NCBI GenBank assembly: GCA_016839585.1
Contig: JAEOTZ010000056.1
Span: 19,967 to 83,966 of the forward strand
Reading direction: 5' to 3'
Source of the DNA: Promethearchaeota archaeon
GTDB taxonomy: Archaea; Asgardarchaeota; Lokiarchaeia; Sigyniarchaeales; SOKP01
Length of the DNA: 64,000 nucleotides
Position 1 is the first letter of the stretch; the number at the start of each line of letters is the position of its first letter. A model generated the notes under the pieces. That model worked only from the letters and a program-made list of their open reading frames with translations. It searched no databases and was not told the origin of the DNA. Positions 40,302 through 50,401 of the stretch are shown one piece after another. The translations under genes and the position numbers were made by a program.

Positions 40302-42092
40302 ATGCCAATTAAGTTAGATGATACTTATCAAGTAGATGAAAATAAACAATGGTTTAAGAAATGGTGGCCTGAGGGAGTCCCTTTTAATACTACATTTGAA
40401 GAAAAAACTACAAATGAATTTTTAGACAAACAAGTGGTGAAGCATTCTAATGAAAATTTAATTTGGTTTTTAGATACATGGATTTCTTATAAACAATTTC
40501 AAGAGTATGTAAAATCATTCGCTACCGCATTAGCTAATTTGGGTATTAAAAAAGGGGATGTTGTAGCAATACACTTACCTAACTGTCCTCAATACATAGT
40601 AGGGTATTATGCTATTACTAGAATAGGAGCTATTGCTAGTGGAATTAATCCCACTTACCAACCTATGGAAATATTACATCAGCTTGACATTATTAAGCCT
40701 AAACTTTTAATTGTATTAGATGCTTTATATAAAACTTACATAAAACCTATAGTTGAGGAATCAAGTTTGGAAATAATTGTTTATACTAATCTAGCAGATC
40801 TTACGGATATAATTAGTGTAAAAAAGATAGTTGGCAAATTTGTAAAGAAGATTCCTACAGGGAAAGTTGATTATCCTAATGCATATAGATTTAAAGATCT
40901 TTTAAAAACTAAGTCAAATGTTCCAGAAATTAAGATTAATGTTAAGACCCATCCTGCAACTTATATAATGACCGGTGGAACCACAGGTTTGCCAAAAGCA
41001 GCAGTTTTAACGCATTTTAATGTAGTATCAAATGCTAATCAATGTAAATTATGGTTAGGTGGAGAAAGACCATGTATAGGAAATATTGGAATACTTCCAT
41101 TATTTCACAGTTTTGCTCATACAGTAGTTATGAATACAACTATAGCAGTTGGAGGTTGGATCATGCTCTTTCCAAGTCCTCCTTCACAAACAGAATTATG
41201 TGAAGAAATCGAAAAATTACCATGTACAGAAGGTTTAATTTATGCGGGTACTGAAATGTTATTTAAAAGGCTAGCCGAACTTAAAAGGTTAAAAAAAAGA
41301 TACCCGGGAGTTATGGGAAAATTAATATTATGTGTTTCAAGTGCCGGTCCATTGCATAAAGCGGTACATGATGCTTTTATTGAAAACACAGGTGGTAGAA
41401 TTGTTGAAGGTTATGGACTATCAGAGGCTAGTCCTGCAGTAAGCGCTGGTAATTTATTTGGTGAAAGTCCAATTGGCAGCATAGGTATGCCATTCCCAGG
41501 AACAGAATGGGGTATCTGGCCTACGGAAGATTTCAATTCAGGTCCTATATGTGTAGGAAATACAGATGAAAAAAATTTTGGTATTGAACATTCAGGAGAA
41601 ATTTGTGTCGCAGGTCCTCAAGTTATGTTAGAGTATTTAAACGAACCAGATGAGACTGCTGAAGCAATTTTAGAATACAAAGGTAAATTATGGTTATTAA
41701 CAGGAGATATTGGTTTTATGAATGAAGATGGTACAATAGTAATTAGAGATCGAAAGAAACAGCTTATTAAACATAAGGGTTATTCTGTATTTCCTAAAGA
41801 AGTAGAAGAACTCCTAATGAAACATCCAGATATTACAGAAGCTGCTGTAGCAGGACTGCCCCATGAAGAATATGGAGAAGTTATAAAAGCATGGGTTTCA
41901 ATAAAAGAAGATTGTCATTTATCACCTCAGATAATAAAAGAATGGGCTACTGAAAATATGACACTTTATAAAGTCCCTTATTCTATTGCTATTGTTGGAG
42001 AATTACCAAAAAACGTCATAGGAAAGGTTCAGCGTAGAGCACTACAAATTAAAGATCCGTTATACATTGAAAAATATGGAAATTCTCAATGA
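40302..42092 (+). CDS. Long-chain fatty acid-CoA ligase (AMP-binding)
   Basis: MTGGTTGLPKA, EGYGLSE, TGDIG, DRKKQLIK and PKNVIGKV motifs. Confidence 0.92.
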   Translation: MPIKLDDTYQVDENKQWFKKWWPEGVPFNTTFEEKTTNEFLDKQVVKHSNENLIWFLDTWISYKQFQEYVKSFATALANLGIKKGDVVAIHLPNCPQYIVGYYAITRIGAIASGINPTYQPMEILHQLDIIKPKLLIVLDALYKTYIKPIVEESSLEIIVYTNLADLTDIISVKKIVGKFVKKIPTGKVDYPNAYRFKDLLKTKSNVPEIKINVKTHPATYIMTGGTTGLPKAAVLTHFNVVSNANQCKLWLGGERPCIGNIGILPLFHSFAHTVVMNTTIAVGGWIMLFPSPPSQTELCEEIEKLPCTEGLIYAGTEMLFKRLAELKRLKKRYPGVMGKLILCVSSAGPLHKAVHDAFIENTGGRIVEGYGLSEASPAVSAGNLFGESPIGSIGMPFPGTEWGIWPTEDFNSGPICVGNTDEKNFGIEHSGEICVAGPQVMLEYLNEPDETAEAILEYKGKLWLLTGDIGFMNEDGTIVIRDRKKQLIKHKGYSVFPKEVEELLMKHPDITEAAVAGLPHEEYGEVIKAWVSIKEDCHLSPQIIKEWATENMTLYKVPYSIAIVGELPKNVIGKVQRRALQIKDPLYIEKYGNSQ

Positions 42093-42226
42093 GGTTTTAT
42101 TAAAAACAAGCATTATAATGAACAACCCCAAAAACATTATTTTTTTTTTTATTTTTCAAGATATCTTAAAATATCAAAAAATAATAAATAATTTTAAAAA
42201 TAATATAAAGATAAAGAAGTGCATAG

Positions 42227-42258
42227 ATTCTAGTGTATAATTTCTAGTACACTAGAAT
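42227..42258. promoter_or_regulatory. Inverted-repeat operator candidate upstream of a wHTH regulator
   Basis: ATTCTAGTGTA-N10-TACACTAGAAT is a perfect 11-bp inverted repeat and contains a nested TTCTAGT-ac-ACTAGAA palindrome. Confidence 0.55.
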
Positions 42259-42327
42259 AGTAATTAATAAAAATATAAGTTTTTTTTAATAAAATAAGAA
42301 ATAAATAAAACTTAGAGAGACAATATT

Positions 42328-43254
42328 TTGTCAGAAAAACCAGAAATAGAAAAACTTGAAATAGAGGCTGCGAAACTAGAAGGAGTAAAAGTAAAAGATA
42401 ACGAGCTTTTATTAGTTGATGAATTTGTTCAAGATTATGCTCCAGAAATTGCTCACATTTATGATTTTAGAGAGGATGAATCAGAAGAACAACAAATTAA
42501 AACAGGACGACTTCATGAAAACCGTATCTTAGGTATTATCTTAAAATTTTACCTAGCAGGTAAAAAGAAAATTACTACAACTGAAGTTGAGCAAGAGTAT
42601 AAAAGATATTATAAAGAAATTGCTCGTTCTACAATTTCGACTTACTTAAATATGCTAAAAAAAGAATCCACATTATATAAAGAAAGAGATGGTAGAGTAG
42701 TTTATTACATTTTTTATGAAGATCCTCCAAAAAATATTAAGCCATTTTGGTTTACTAGAATTTTTTGTATTGTTCCAGCTTACTTTGATAGAGCAATATA
42801 TTTTTCGAAATTTTATCTAGAGTCTGAATTATATACTCAAGAATACATTAAACGAACCAGCAATGGAAATAAACAACTATTAAACAAGAATTTCAAATTT
42901 CTGACTGGTTTAATTGTTTTAAATATTTTAAAAAATAGAAGTTCAAAATGTGTACTTTGTCAATTTAGTAAACGAGAAATTTATAATACTTTACAGGAGG
43001 TAATATCGGTTGCAATTAAAGACCGATCTGATGTTTTACCTGAAGAATTGTTAGATATTCTAATCCATGAGTATTCAGAAATCCCTATATTTAATGGGAT
43101 CAATATTGAATGTCAAGAAACAGAAAAACTAATACTTGAAAAGATCTTTAAATTTGCTGACAATTATAAAAAAGATTTAGAATTTCAGATAATGGTTTCA
43201 AGTAGAAGACAAGATATAAGATTACAACAAAAAGAAATTATGGAACAAGAATAA
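42328..43254 (+). CDS. Winged-HTH domain transcriptional regulator
   Basis: ITTTEVEQEY...IARSTISTYLNMLKKESTLYKERDGRVVYY. Confidence 0.7.
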   Translation: MSEKPEIEKLEIEAAKLEGVKVKDNELLLVDEFVQDYAPEIAHIYDFREDESEEQQIKTGRLHENRILGIILKFYLAGKKKITTTEVEQEYKRYYKEIARSTISTYLNMLKKESTLYKERDGRVVYYIFYEDPPKNIKPFWFTRIFCIVPAYFDRAIYFSKFYLESELYTQEYIKRTSNGNKQLLNKNFKFLTGLIVLNILKNRSSKCVLCQFSKREIYNTLQEVISVAIKDRSDVLPEELLDILIHEYSEIPIFNGINIECQETEKLILEKIFKFADNYKKDLEFQIMVSSRRQDIRLQQKEIMEQE

Positions 43255-43328
43255 ATACAATCCATAAGATAAATTATAATTTATTTCCTTACTTATAAAA
43301 TAAGATTTTAAGTGTTCTTTGATAAACA

Positions 43329-43859
43329 CTAAAGCAGATTAGATTTTTGCATCATTAAACTTGTTAGTGCTTGAAATGTTTCTTCAACATTTTCTCCTGT
43401 TTTAGAACTACACTCTATAAAACCGTCTACTCCTCTTGATTTTGAAATATTAATTCCTTCCTCTCCAGAGATTTCACGATCATCAATTAAATCTGCCTTC
43501 CCGCCAACTACAATAACAGGAAATTGATCTTCTGATCTAATTTCTTTTTTAACAACTAATAACCAATCATCTATGTGAGCCAAACTCGAGTAATTTGTGA
43601 CATCGTACATGAAGAGCGCCCCATTTGCACCCCTAACATATGTTGGCAACAGGAATCTAAACCTTTCTTCTCCTCCAAAATCCCAGATCTGAAGTTTCAC
43701 TTTCTTTTCATTAATTTCCAAACTTTTTACTTCAAAATCCACTCCTATTGTCATCTTAGAATCTGATTTAAACAAATTAGTAAGGAACCTTTGGGTTAAA
43801 GTAGTTTTTCCGGTTCCAGCATCACCGAATATGACAACTTTATATGTTGCGTCGTACAT
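43329..43859 (-). CDS. Rab-like small GTPase
   Basis: GDAGTGKT, TIGVDF, WDFGGEERF, GKADL and CSSK motifs. Confidence 0.93.
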   Translation of the reverse strand: MYDATYKVVIFGDAGTGKTTLTQRFLTNLFKSDSKMTIGVDFEVKSLEINEKKVKLQIWDFGGEERFRFLLPTYVRGANGALFMYDVTNYSSLAHIDDWLLVVKKEIRSEDQFPVIVVGGKADLIDDREISGEEGINISKSRGVDGFIECSSKTGENVEETFQALTSLMMQKSNLL

Positions 43860-44332
43860 TAACTTTCTCTTCCGAATCTTTATTTTGGTTAAATTTTTAT
43901 AATTGAGGGAGGTATTTTTTATCTTTTTTAATTATATAGATATTTTACATTTAAATTTTATTTTTAAGGATTAATGTTTTAATAGATGGTTATTCTTTTA
44001 AGATTTCTATGTTTAATATGTAATTCATATATATAAATGTTTTAAAGCATTATAAATAAAATATCGAATTATAATTTATAATTTTAATGTAATAATTTTA
44101 AAACTTATGTCGTAAGTAATACTTATTTCCTATTTTCAATTTATTATATAAGTTAATAATTCTGTTTTTTCTATAATTTGTATAAATTTTGGTCATGAAA
44201 ATATGGTAAGAAAAGTAGATTGGATAAAATATTTCAAAATCGATCTGGAAGAAAACAAAAAATTCATTAATTTACTTGGAGCTAAAAAGGTATATGCTAT
44301 GGGCCTGATGCCAATCCGAGGTCCAATGAGTT

Positions 44333-44728
44333 TCAGGAAGTTAGAGTTTTAGTTTTCATTGAAACTGTAACTGCAGCATTACATACAATAATATTATCTG
44401 ATGTATCACCTAATTCCTTAATCATGATTCCTTGAGCAATTAAACCACCTTTCACAACTTCAATTGATTTTTCACCAAATGGAATGGCCTTTAAAACTTT
44501 CTTTTTATCGATATTATCCGGATATGGAGCACCAATCTTTACATGAACCTTCATTTTCAATAAATCTTTTGGCTCTTTTAATCCGCAAATTTCACTTAAT
44601 CCTGTTAGACAATTATTAGAAATTGCATTCTTGACTGCTTTTACAGCAGCATTAGTGCAATCATCATTATGTCCGTGCTGGTCTACACCACTACCAAGCT
44701 GCAAAATAAACCTATTCTCACTGGGCAA
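44333..44728 (-). CDS. Lin0512-family protein
   Basis: LGSGVDQHG..DCTNAAVKAV..AI, VLKAIPFG and CNAAVTV motifs. Confidence 0.85.
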   Translation of the reverse strand: MPSENRFILQLGSGVDQHGHNDDCTNAAVKAVKNAISNNCLTGLSEICGLKEPKDLLKMKVHVKIGAPYPDNIDKKKVLKAIPFGEKSIEVVKGGLIAQGIMIKELGDTSDNIIVCNAAVTVSMKTKTLTS

Positions 44729-44835
44729 ATTTGCATCACTCCTAACAGATAATCTATAATTAAATAATTATATAATAAGAAAGATCAAATAATATTATTA
44801 ATAAAATATAATGAAAAATCAAAAGAAATTGGTAG

Positions 44836-45951
44836 GTGATTATGAATTCTAAAAGTTCTTATGAAATTGATGAGACAATTTACCAGCGATTTGAAGAGAA
44901 AAACAATATGATTTATCGCCGTTTATGGGATAAATCTTTACCAACCTATGGTCAAATGTTTTTTACTAATATTCAAAAGCATATTGATTCTAAAAAAGAA
45001 GGATATTCCCGAATTGATTTTAATCTTGTTAAATCAGGGTGGACTGTTTATGAAAAATTTCCATTTGCATTTGCATGGAGAAGAAAAGATCATTATACTG
45101 GAGATTATGGGCGCAAATGGACAAAATCACAATTTAAAGTTGAAAATCTTGATGATTTTACCAAATTAGTAAAAAAAACTGTATCTTTTTATGGTGCATC
45201 GTTGGTAGGATTTGCTGATATTGATGAGAGATGGATTTACAAAACAGGATTTATCAGACCAGAAAATAAAAGTGAAGAGGATTCTAAAGGGAAAGTAAGA
45301 GATGGTGTACAAAGTGTTTCTATTCTTGAGCAGTCAATTAATTTGCCAAAAGGTATAAATAAAGCTATTGTAATGGCAATTGAAATGGATAAAGACGCTA
45401 TCTCAACGGCACCTGCTCAACCTGCAGCCGCAGCCTCAGCTCTAGCCTACTCCAAGATGGCTTTTACAATAGCATGTGTAGGTGAATTTATAAGGAACTT
45501 AGGATATAGAGCTGTACAATGTGGAAATGATACTGCGTTAAGTATACCCCTAGCTATTGATGCAGGATTAGGTGCATTAGGGAGATTAGGTTTGTTAATA
45601 ACCCCTGAGTTTGGTCCAAGAGTAAGAATTTGCAAAGTATTTACGGATTTACCATTAAGATCTGACAGCCCTAATCTTGAATTTATAAGAAAAGTTGAAG
45701 ACTTTTGTAAGGATTGTTATAAATGTGCTGAAGCATGCGAAACTGAAGCAATCACTAAAGATAAAGAACCTAAATTTAAAAGTGAATCAATAAGTAACAA
45801 TTCTGGTGTAAAGAAATATTATGTTAATGCTGAAAAATGCTTTGAGTTTTGGATTGAAAATAGTAGTGACTGTGGGGCATGTATTGCAGTTTGCCCATTT
45901 TCAAAGATTATTAATTATCTAACCCCTAATGAGTTCTGGAAATTAGATTAA
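44836..45951 (+). CDS. Reductive dehalogenase-like cobalamin / 2x[4Fe-4S] protein
   Basis: FYGASLVG, FIRNLGY, IPLAIDAGLG.LGR.G.LITPEFGPRVR, CxxCxxCxxxC and CGACIAVCP; no TAT leader. Confidence 0.85.
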   Translation: MIMNSKSSYEIDETIYQRFEEKNNMIYRRLWDKSLPTYGQMFFTNIQKHIDSKKEGYSRIDFNLVKSGWTVYEKFPFAFAWRRKDHYTGDYGRKWTKSQFKVENLDDFTKLVKKTVSFYGASLVGFADIDERWIYKTGFIRPENKSEEDSKGKVRDGVQSVSILEQSINLPKGINKAIVMAIEMDKDAISTAPAQPAAAASALAYSKMAFTIACVGEFIRNLGYRAVQCGNDTALSIPLAIDAGLGALGRLGLLITPEFGPRVRICKVFTDLPLRSDSPNLEFIRKVEDFCKDCYKCAEACETEAITKDKEPKFKSESISNNSGVKKYYVNAEKCFEFWIENSSDCGACIAVCPFSKIINYLTPNEFWKLD

Positions 45952-46056
45952 ATAGAATAATCAAAAATTTTATGAGCTATTTTTGATATATTTAACAAAA
46001 CAGATAAAGTTTCAATCCTTTATTATTAGATAATTTGATTATTTTATTTTTGAAAA

Positions 46057-47772
46057 ATGAATATTGTTGATAAAAAAACAATCGCAGAATTTTTAGGTGA
46101 ATATGTAACCTATATCTCAGTAGAAGAACTTGAGAGTATAATTGAAATTCCTCCTCCTGAAATTAGTTATACATATGCATTTCCATGCTTCCAATTAGCT
46201 AAGTGGGAAAAAAAAGCTCCAAATATTATTGCAGAAAACTTACAGAAGAAATTATCTTTAACAGATTACTTAGAAAGTATTGAAGCAATAGGTCCTTATC
46301 TCAACTTTAAAATTAAATCTTCAATAATTTTGCAGAGTATTTATGATCTTGAGGGAGATTATGGTAGAATTTATGAAGAAGCAAAGAAAGAGAAATCTAA
46401 ACCGTCAAAAATTGTAATAGAATATCCTGCTCCTAATACAAATAAACCTCTTCATTTTGGTCATATTCGAAATATACTTTTAGGTCGTTCTATTTCAAAT
46501 CTTTTGAGATATAAAGGGGATAACGTGTTTGAAGTTAATTTATATAATAATAGAGGGATTCATATCTGCAAATCTATGCTTGCATATAAGAAATGGGGTA
46601 AAAAAGAAGAACCAAATGTAAAAAGTGATCACTTTGTAGGAGACTATTACGTTAAATATGTTCAAACGGAAAAGAAAGATAAACATTTAATAGATGAAGT
46701 TTATGATTTGCTAAAATTATGGGAGAGTGGAGATAAGGAGACCAGAGAGTTATGGACAAAAATGAATAAATGGGCGATTGATGGCTTTAAAGAAACCTTC
46801 AAAAAATTCAATATAAATTTCGATAAAGAGTATTTTGAATCGGAAATATATGAAAAAGGTAAAGAAATTGTTCTTTCGAACCTTGAGAAAGGTATCTTTG
46901 AAAAAACCGAAGACGGAGCTGTTTTTGCTAATTTAAAGGAAAAATATAATTTACCTAATAAAATTTTACTTAGAAGAGATGGAACTTCAGTCTATATTAC
47001 ACAAGATATTTATCTAGCATTCCTTAAAAAACAAGATTTTGATTATGATAAGTCAATTTATGTTGTTGGAAATGAGCAGGATCTATATTTTAAACAACTT
47101 TTTGCTGTTTTAGATTTGATTGGATTTAAAGAAGATAAATATCATCTTTCTTATGGAATGGTTTCTTTACCAGAAGGAAAAATGAAAAGTAGAGAAGGTA
47201 TTGTTGTAGATGCAGACGAGATAGTAGAAAAAATGGAAATGCTTGCTTATGAAGAAGTCAATGAAAGATATCCTGAACTATCAGAAGAAGAAAAAATAAA
47301 AAGAGCTAATGTTATAGGTATGGCAGCTTTAGCATTTTTCATTTTGAAATTTAATCCAAAATCAGAATTCATATTTAATCCAAAAGAAAGTATATCATTT
47401 GAAGGAGAAACAGGACCATATATTCAATATTGCTATGCAAGAATAGAATCCATAATCTCTAAATCAAAAGAGAGGATTAGCTCTGAGATTAATTGGGCTT
47501 TATTAAACCATAATTTAGAGCAAAATTTAATTAAACAGTTAAGTTACTTCCCCGAGATTGTGGATACTACAGCTAAAAATTATAGTATACATTTAATACC
47601 TCAATATCTTCTAAACTTATGCCAAATTTTTAATTCTTTTTACAGTGTTTGTCCTGTTATCTCAGATAATAAAGAATTAGAGAAAGCAAGATTATTATTA
47701 ATAAAATGTGTACAGATTGTAATAAAGATTGGATTAGATATTATGGGAATAGAAATACTCAATAAAATGTAA
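46057..47772 (+). CDS. argS: Arginine-tRNA ligase
   Basis: PNTNKPLHFGHIRN (HIGH), GKMKSREG and FEGETGPYIQY motifs. Confidence 0.95.
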   Translation: MNIVDKKTIAEFLGEYVTYISVEELESIIEIPPPEISYTYAFPCFQLAKWEKKAPNIIAENLQKKLSLTDYLESIEAIGPYLNFKIKSSIILQSIYDLEGDYGRIYEEAKKEKSKPSKIVIEYPAPNTNKPLHFGHIRNILLGRSISNLLRYKGDNVFEVNLYNNRGIHICKSMLAYKKWGKKEEPNVKSDHFVGDYYVKYVQTEKKDKHLIDEVYDLLKLWESGDKETRELWTKMNKWAIDGFKETFKKFNINFDKEYFESEIYEKGKEIVLSNLEKGIFEKTEDGAVFANLKEKYNLPNKILLRRDGTSVYITQDIYLAFLKKQDFDYDKSIYVVGNEQDLYFKQLFAVLDLIGFKEDKYHLSYGMVSLPEGKMKSREGIVVDADEIVEKMEMLAYEEVNERYPELSEEEKIKRANVIGMAALAFFILKFNPKSEFIFNPKESISFEGETGPYIQYCYARIESIISKSKERISSEINWALLNHNLEQNLIKQLSYFPEIVDTTAKNYSIHLIPQYLLNLCQIFNSFYSVCPVISDNKELEKARLLLIKCVQIVIKIGLDIMGIEILNKM

Positions 47773-47799
47773 GACTTAAATTAATAAAAAAGATTTATT

Positions 47800-48711
47800 A
47801 TGAATTTTTTTGATTTCGGAGAATTGATAGATAAAGACACTGAATTTGTCATTTTTGGAATACCTTGGGATTACCTAACTTCAATAAAGGGGCCAAACTC
47901 TGCCATTGCGCCTCAAAAAATACGAAATGTGACTGAGAATTTAGCTCTTACATCTGAAATGGGCTATAAGATTCCTAATTTAAAAGTTATTGATATTGGA
48001 GATGTTAATATCGAACCCAAAAACGTAGAGAGGAATCTCAAAGAAATTGAAAATTTTGTCAGAAAGATATTTGAAGAGAAAAAAGACATAGTCTCTGTAA
48101 TGATTGGAGGAGATCATTTCTGTACTTACCCTGTAATTAAAGTAATCGGGAACAATTTTGATAATAAAGATAAATTTGGAGTTTTAGTTTTTGATTCTCA
48201 CTTAGATCTTTACGAAGAATGGGATAAAGGCATTTACTCACATGCAACAATCTCCCATCGAATTTATGATATGAAATTTATTAATAATAAAAATCTTTTA
48301 ATCGTAGGAACGAGAGATATTGATATTCCTGAGTTAGATATAGCAAATGAAGAGAAAATTGCATATTTAGATGCCTATAAGTTAACTGAAATTGGTTTAA
48401 GTGAATATATTAAACAAATAATTGATTTTTTTAATGATTCAGATATTAAAAACCTCTACGTCTCTATCGATATTGATGCTTTAGACCCTTCTATTGCCCC
48501 TGGTACGGGTTTTGCTATCCCTGGAGGATTTTCTTACCGTGAGATATGGATTATTTTAAGAGAATTAACTAAAAATTTTAATATTAGAGCATTCGACTTG
48601 GTTGAGGTTGCTCCAAATTTGGATAATGCTAATAATATGACTTGTAATTTAGCAGCTAAGTTAATTATAGAATTTATATCATTTATAGCTGAAAAAAATG
48701 GTAAGATTTGA
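47800..48711 (+). CDS. speB: Agmatinase (ureohydrolase family)
   Basis: GGDH, DSHLD, SIDIDALDPSIAPGTG and DLVEVAP motifs. Confidence 0.88.
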   Translation: MNFFDFGELIDKDTEFVIFGIPWDYLTSIKGPNSAIAPQKIRNVTENLALTSEMGYKIPNLKVIDIGDVNIEPKNVERNLKEIENFVRKIFEEKKDIVSVMIGGDHFCTYPVIKVIGNNFDNKDKFGVLVFDSHLDLYEEWDKGIYSHATISHRIYDMKFINNKNLLIVGTRDIDIPELDIANEEKIAYLDAYKLTEIGLSEYIKQIIDFFNDSDIKNLYVSIDIDALDPSIAPGTGFAIPGGFSYREIWIILRELTKNFNIRAFDLVEVAPNLDNANNMTCNLAAKLIIEFISFIAEKNGKI

Positions 48712-48714
48712 ATA

Positions 48715-49662
48715 ATGGATAAAAATTTTAAAGATAAATTGAAGAAAGTAAACCAATTTAAAGTAACAGACGAAATAGATATAATCAGCCTTATTAATTC
48801 TTTAAAAGAGACCGGTTTTAATGCTAAAAGATTAGCTTTAGCTTGTCACATCTATAAAGAGATGATTAACGATAAAGAATGTACGAAATTTTTTGGCTTG
48901 GCTGGTGCTATGGTTCCTGCTGGAATGCAAGGAATTATTCATGATTTTGTTAAAGAGGGATTTATTGATGTGTTAGTTTCTACTGGAGCAAATTTAACGC
49001 ATGATCTTGCTGAGTGTTTAGGTTTTCATCATTTACAAGGTGATATTAATCCTAATAATATTGACGATGCTAACTTACTTAGCGAAGAGATGAATAGAAT
49101 TTATGATGTTTTTTTGCCAAATAAAGTCTATGAGGGAATAGAGGATTTTATATCTCAGCTGAAAATCCCAGACAATACCATGTCAGTAAGCTCATTTTTA
49201 AAATTTTTAGGAGAGCATTTACCTAAAAGTTCAAATTCAATTTTAAGAACCTGCGCAGATAAGGATGTCAAGATCTTTTGCCCTGCTTTTACTGACTCTG
49301 GATTAGCGATGCAGTTAGGCTTTCATCATAAAAATTTAAATTTAAACCACTTCAAAGATATGCTAGAAATGGTTGATATTGCGTGGGATGCTAAAAAAGC
49401 CGGAGTTTGCATAGTTGGAGGGGGAGTTCCTAAAAATTTTATAATGCAATCATTACAAATTTGCCCAAATTCGGCTAGCTATGCAATTCAAATAACTATG
49501 GATAGACCAGAACCAGGTGGATTAAGTGGTGCTACATTAAGAGAAGCAATATCTTGGGGGAAAGTTAATAAAAATGCAAAATATACAACACTTATATCAG
49601 ATGCCACAATTGCTTTACCACTAATATTTTGGTTTTTGAAAAAATCAAAAAATAACAAGTAA
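48715..49662 (+). CDS. dys: Deoxyhypusine synthase
   Basis: TGANLTHD, NRIYD, GGGVPK, GGLSGA..EAISWGK and DATIALP motifs. Confidence 0.92.
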   Translation: MDKNFKDKLKKVNQFKVTDEIDIISLINSLKETGFNAKRLALACHIYKEMINDKECTKFFGLAGAMVPAGMQGIIHDFVKEGFIDVLVSTGANLTHDLAECLGFHHLQGDINPNNIDDANLLSEEMNRIYDVFLPNKVYEGIEDFISQLKIPDNTMSVSSFLKFLGEHLPKSSNSILRTCADKDVKIFCPAFTDSGLAMQLGFHHKNLNLNHFKDMLEMVDIAWDAKKAGVCIVGGGVPKNFIMQSLQICPNSASYAIQITMDRPEPGGLSGATLREAISWGKVNKNAKYTTLISDATIALPLIFWFLKKSKNNK

Positions 49663-49695
49663 TTATTTAAATTGTCTTAATTATAGAAATCTTTA

Positions 49696-50157
49696 TTATA
49701 ATATCCCTTTTAGTTTTTGATCAATAGTTTTTGTATCAGTTCCAAAAACTTTATCAAGATTTTGCTTAAAATTCCTAAATTGAGAAACTTGTGATAAATT
49801 CTTACCAGTATTAAGCGATTTAAATTCTTTTAAGATTTTATGTAATGATGGTTGAACTATTTTCTGAATATACTTGTCAATCTTCTTCTCTTTATCTAAT
49901 ATGGCGTAAGAAATCAGAAGTTCAGGTTCATTACTATTATCAGATAATATTTTATCCCCAATAAAAGCTATAGTAAATTTTTTTCCTTCAAAATATTCAA
50001 CTAAACCCTGTGAAAAGGCACTTTCTGCAAAATTTAGGAAAGCAGTTAACAATCCACTTCTTAAATCTACATCGATTTTTCCAAGACTAGTTTTATGATA
50101 ACTTTTCTTTACTACAGTAAATCCTCTAAACAATAATCCAGCTTCTCGGACGACCAT
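49696..50157 (-). CDS. Longin-like small protein (Asgard type)
   Basis: DVDLRSGLLTAFLNFAE resembles the D..L.SG...AI..F..E longin helix. Confidence 0.55.
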   Translation of the reverse strand: MVVREAGLLFRGFTVVKKSYHKTSLGKIDVDLRSGLLTAFLNFAESAFSQGLVEYFEGKKFTIAFIGDKILSDNSNEPELLISYAILDKEKKIDKYIQKIVQPSLHKILKEFKSLNTGKNLSQVSQFRNFKQNLDKVFGTDTKTIDQKLKGIL

Positions 50158-50401
50158 ATTGAGATTTAAATCTATTGATTTTTTTAACTAATTGAAGAAT
50201 TTCCAAAAAGTAATTTATTTAATAATTTAAATATAACAATCCAATTTAATAAAATCTTTCCTCATTAAAAAGAATTAGAGATTCATTATGTTTACCTACT
50301 AAAAAATACATAATCGTATAAATTAATCTATTTCCAGTCAATTCCAATTTTTAAGAGGTTAAACAACAAGAATTTTTATATTTTATATATTTCTTAAAAC
50401 T

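Noticed and set aside
44203-44352. 49-aa ORF MVRKVDWIKYF...
   Set aside because: Short, overlaps the end of the Lin0512-family gene and has no motif; possibly a remnant but unsupported.
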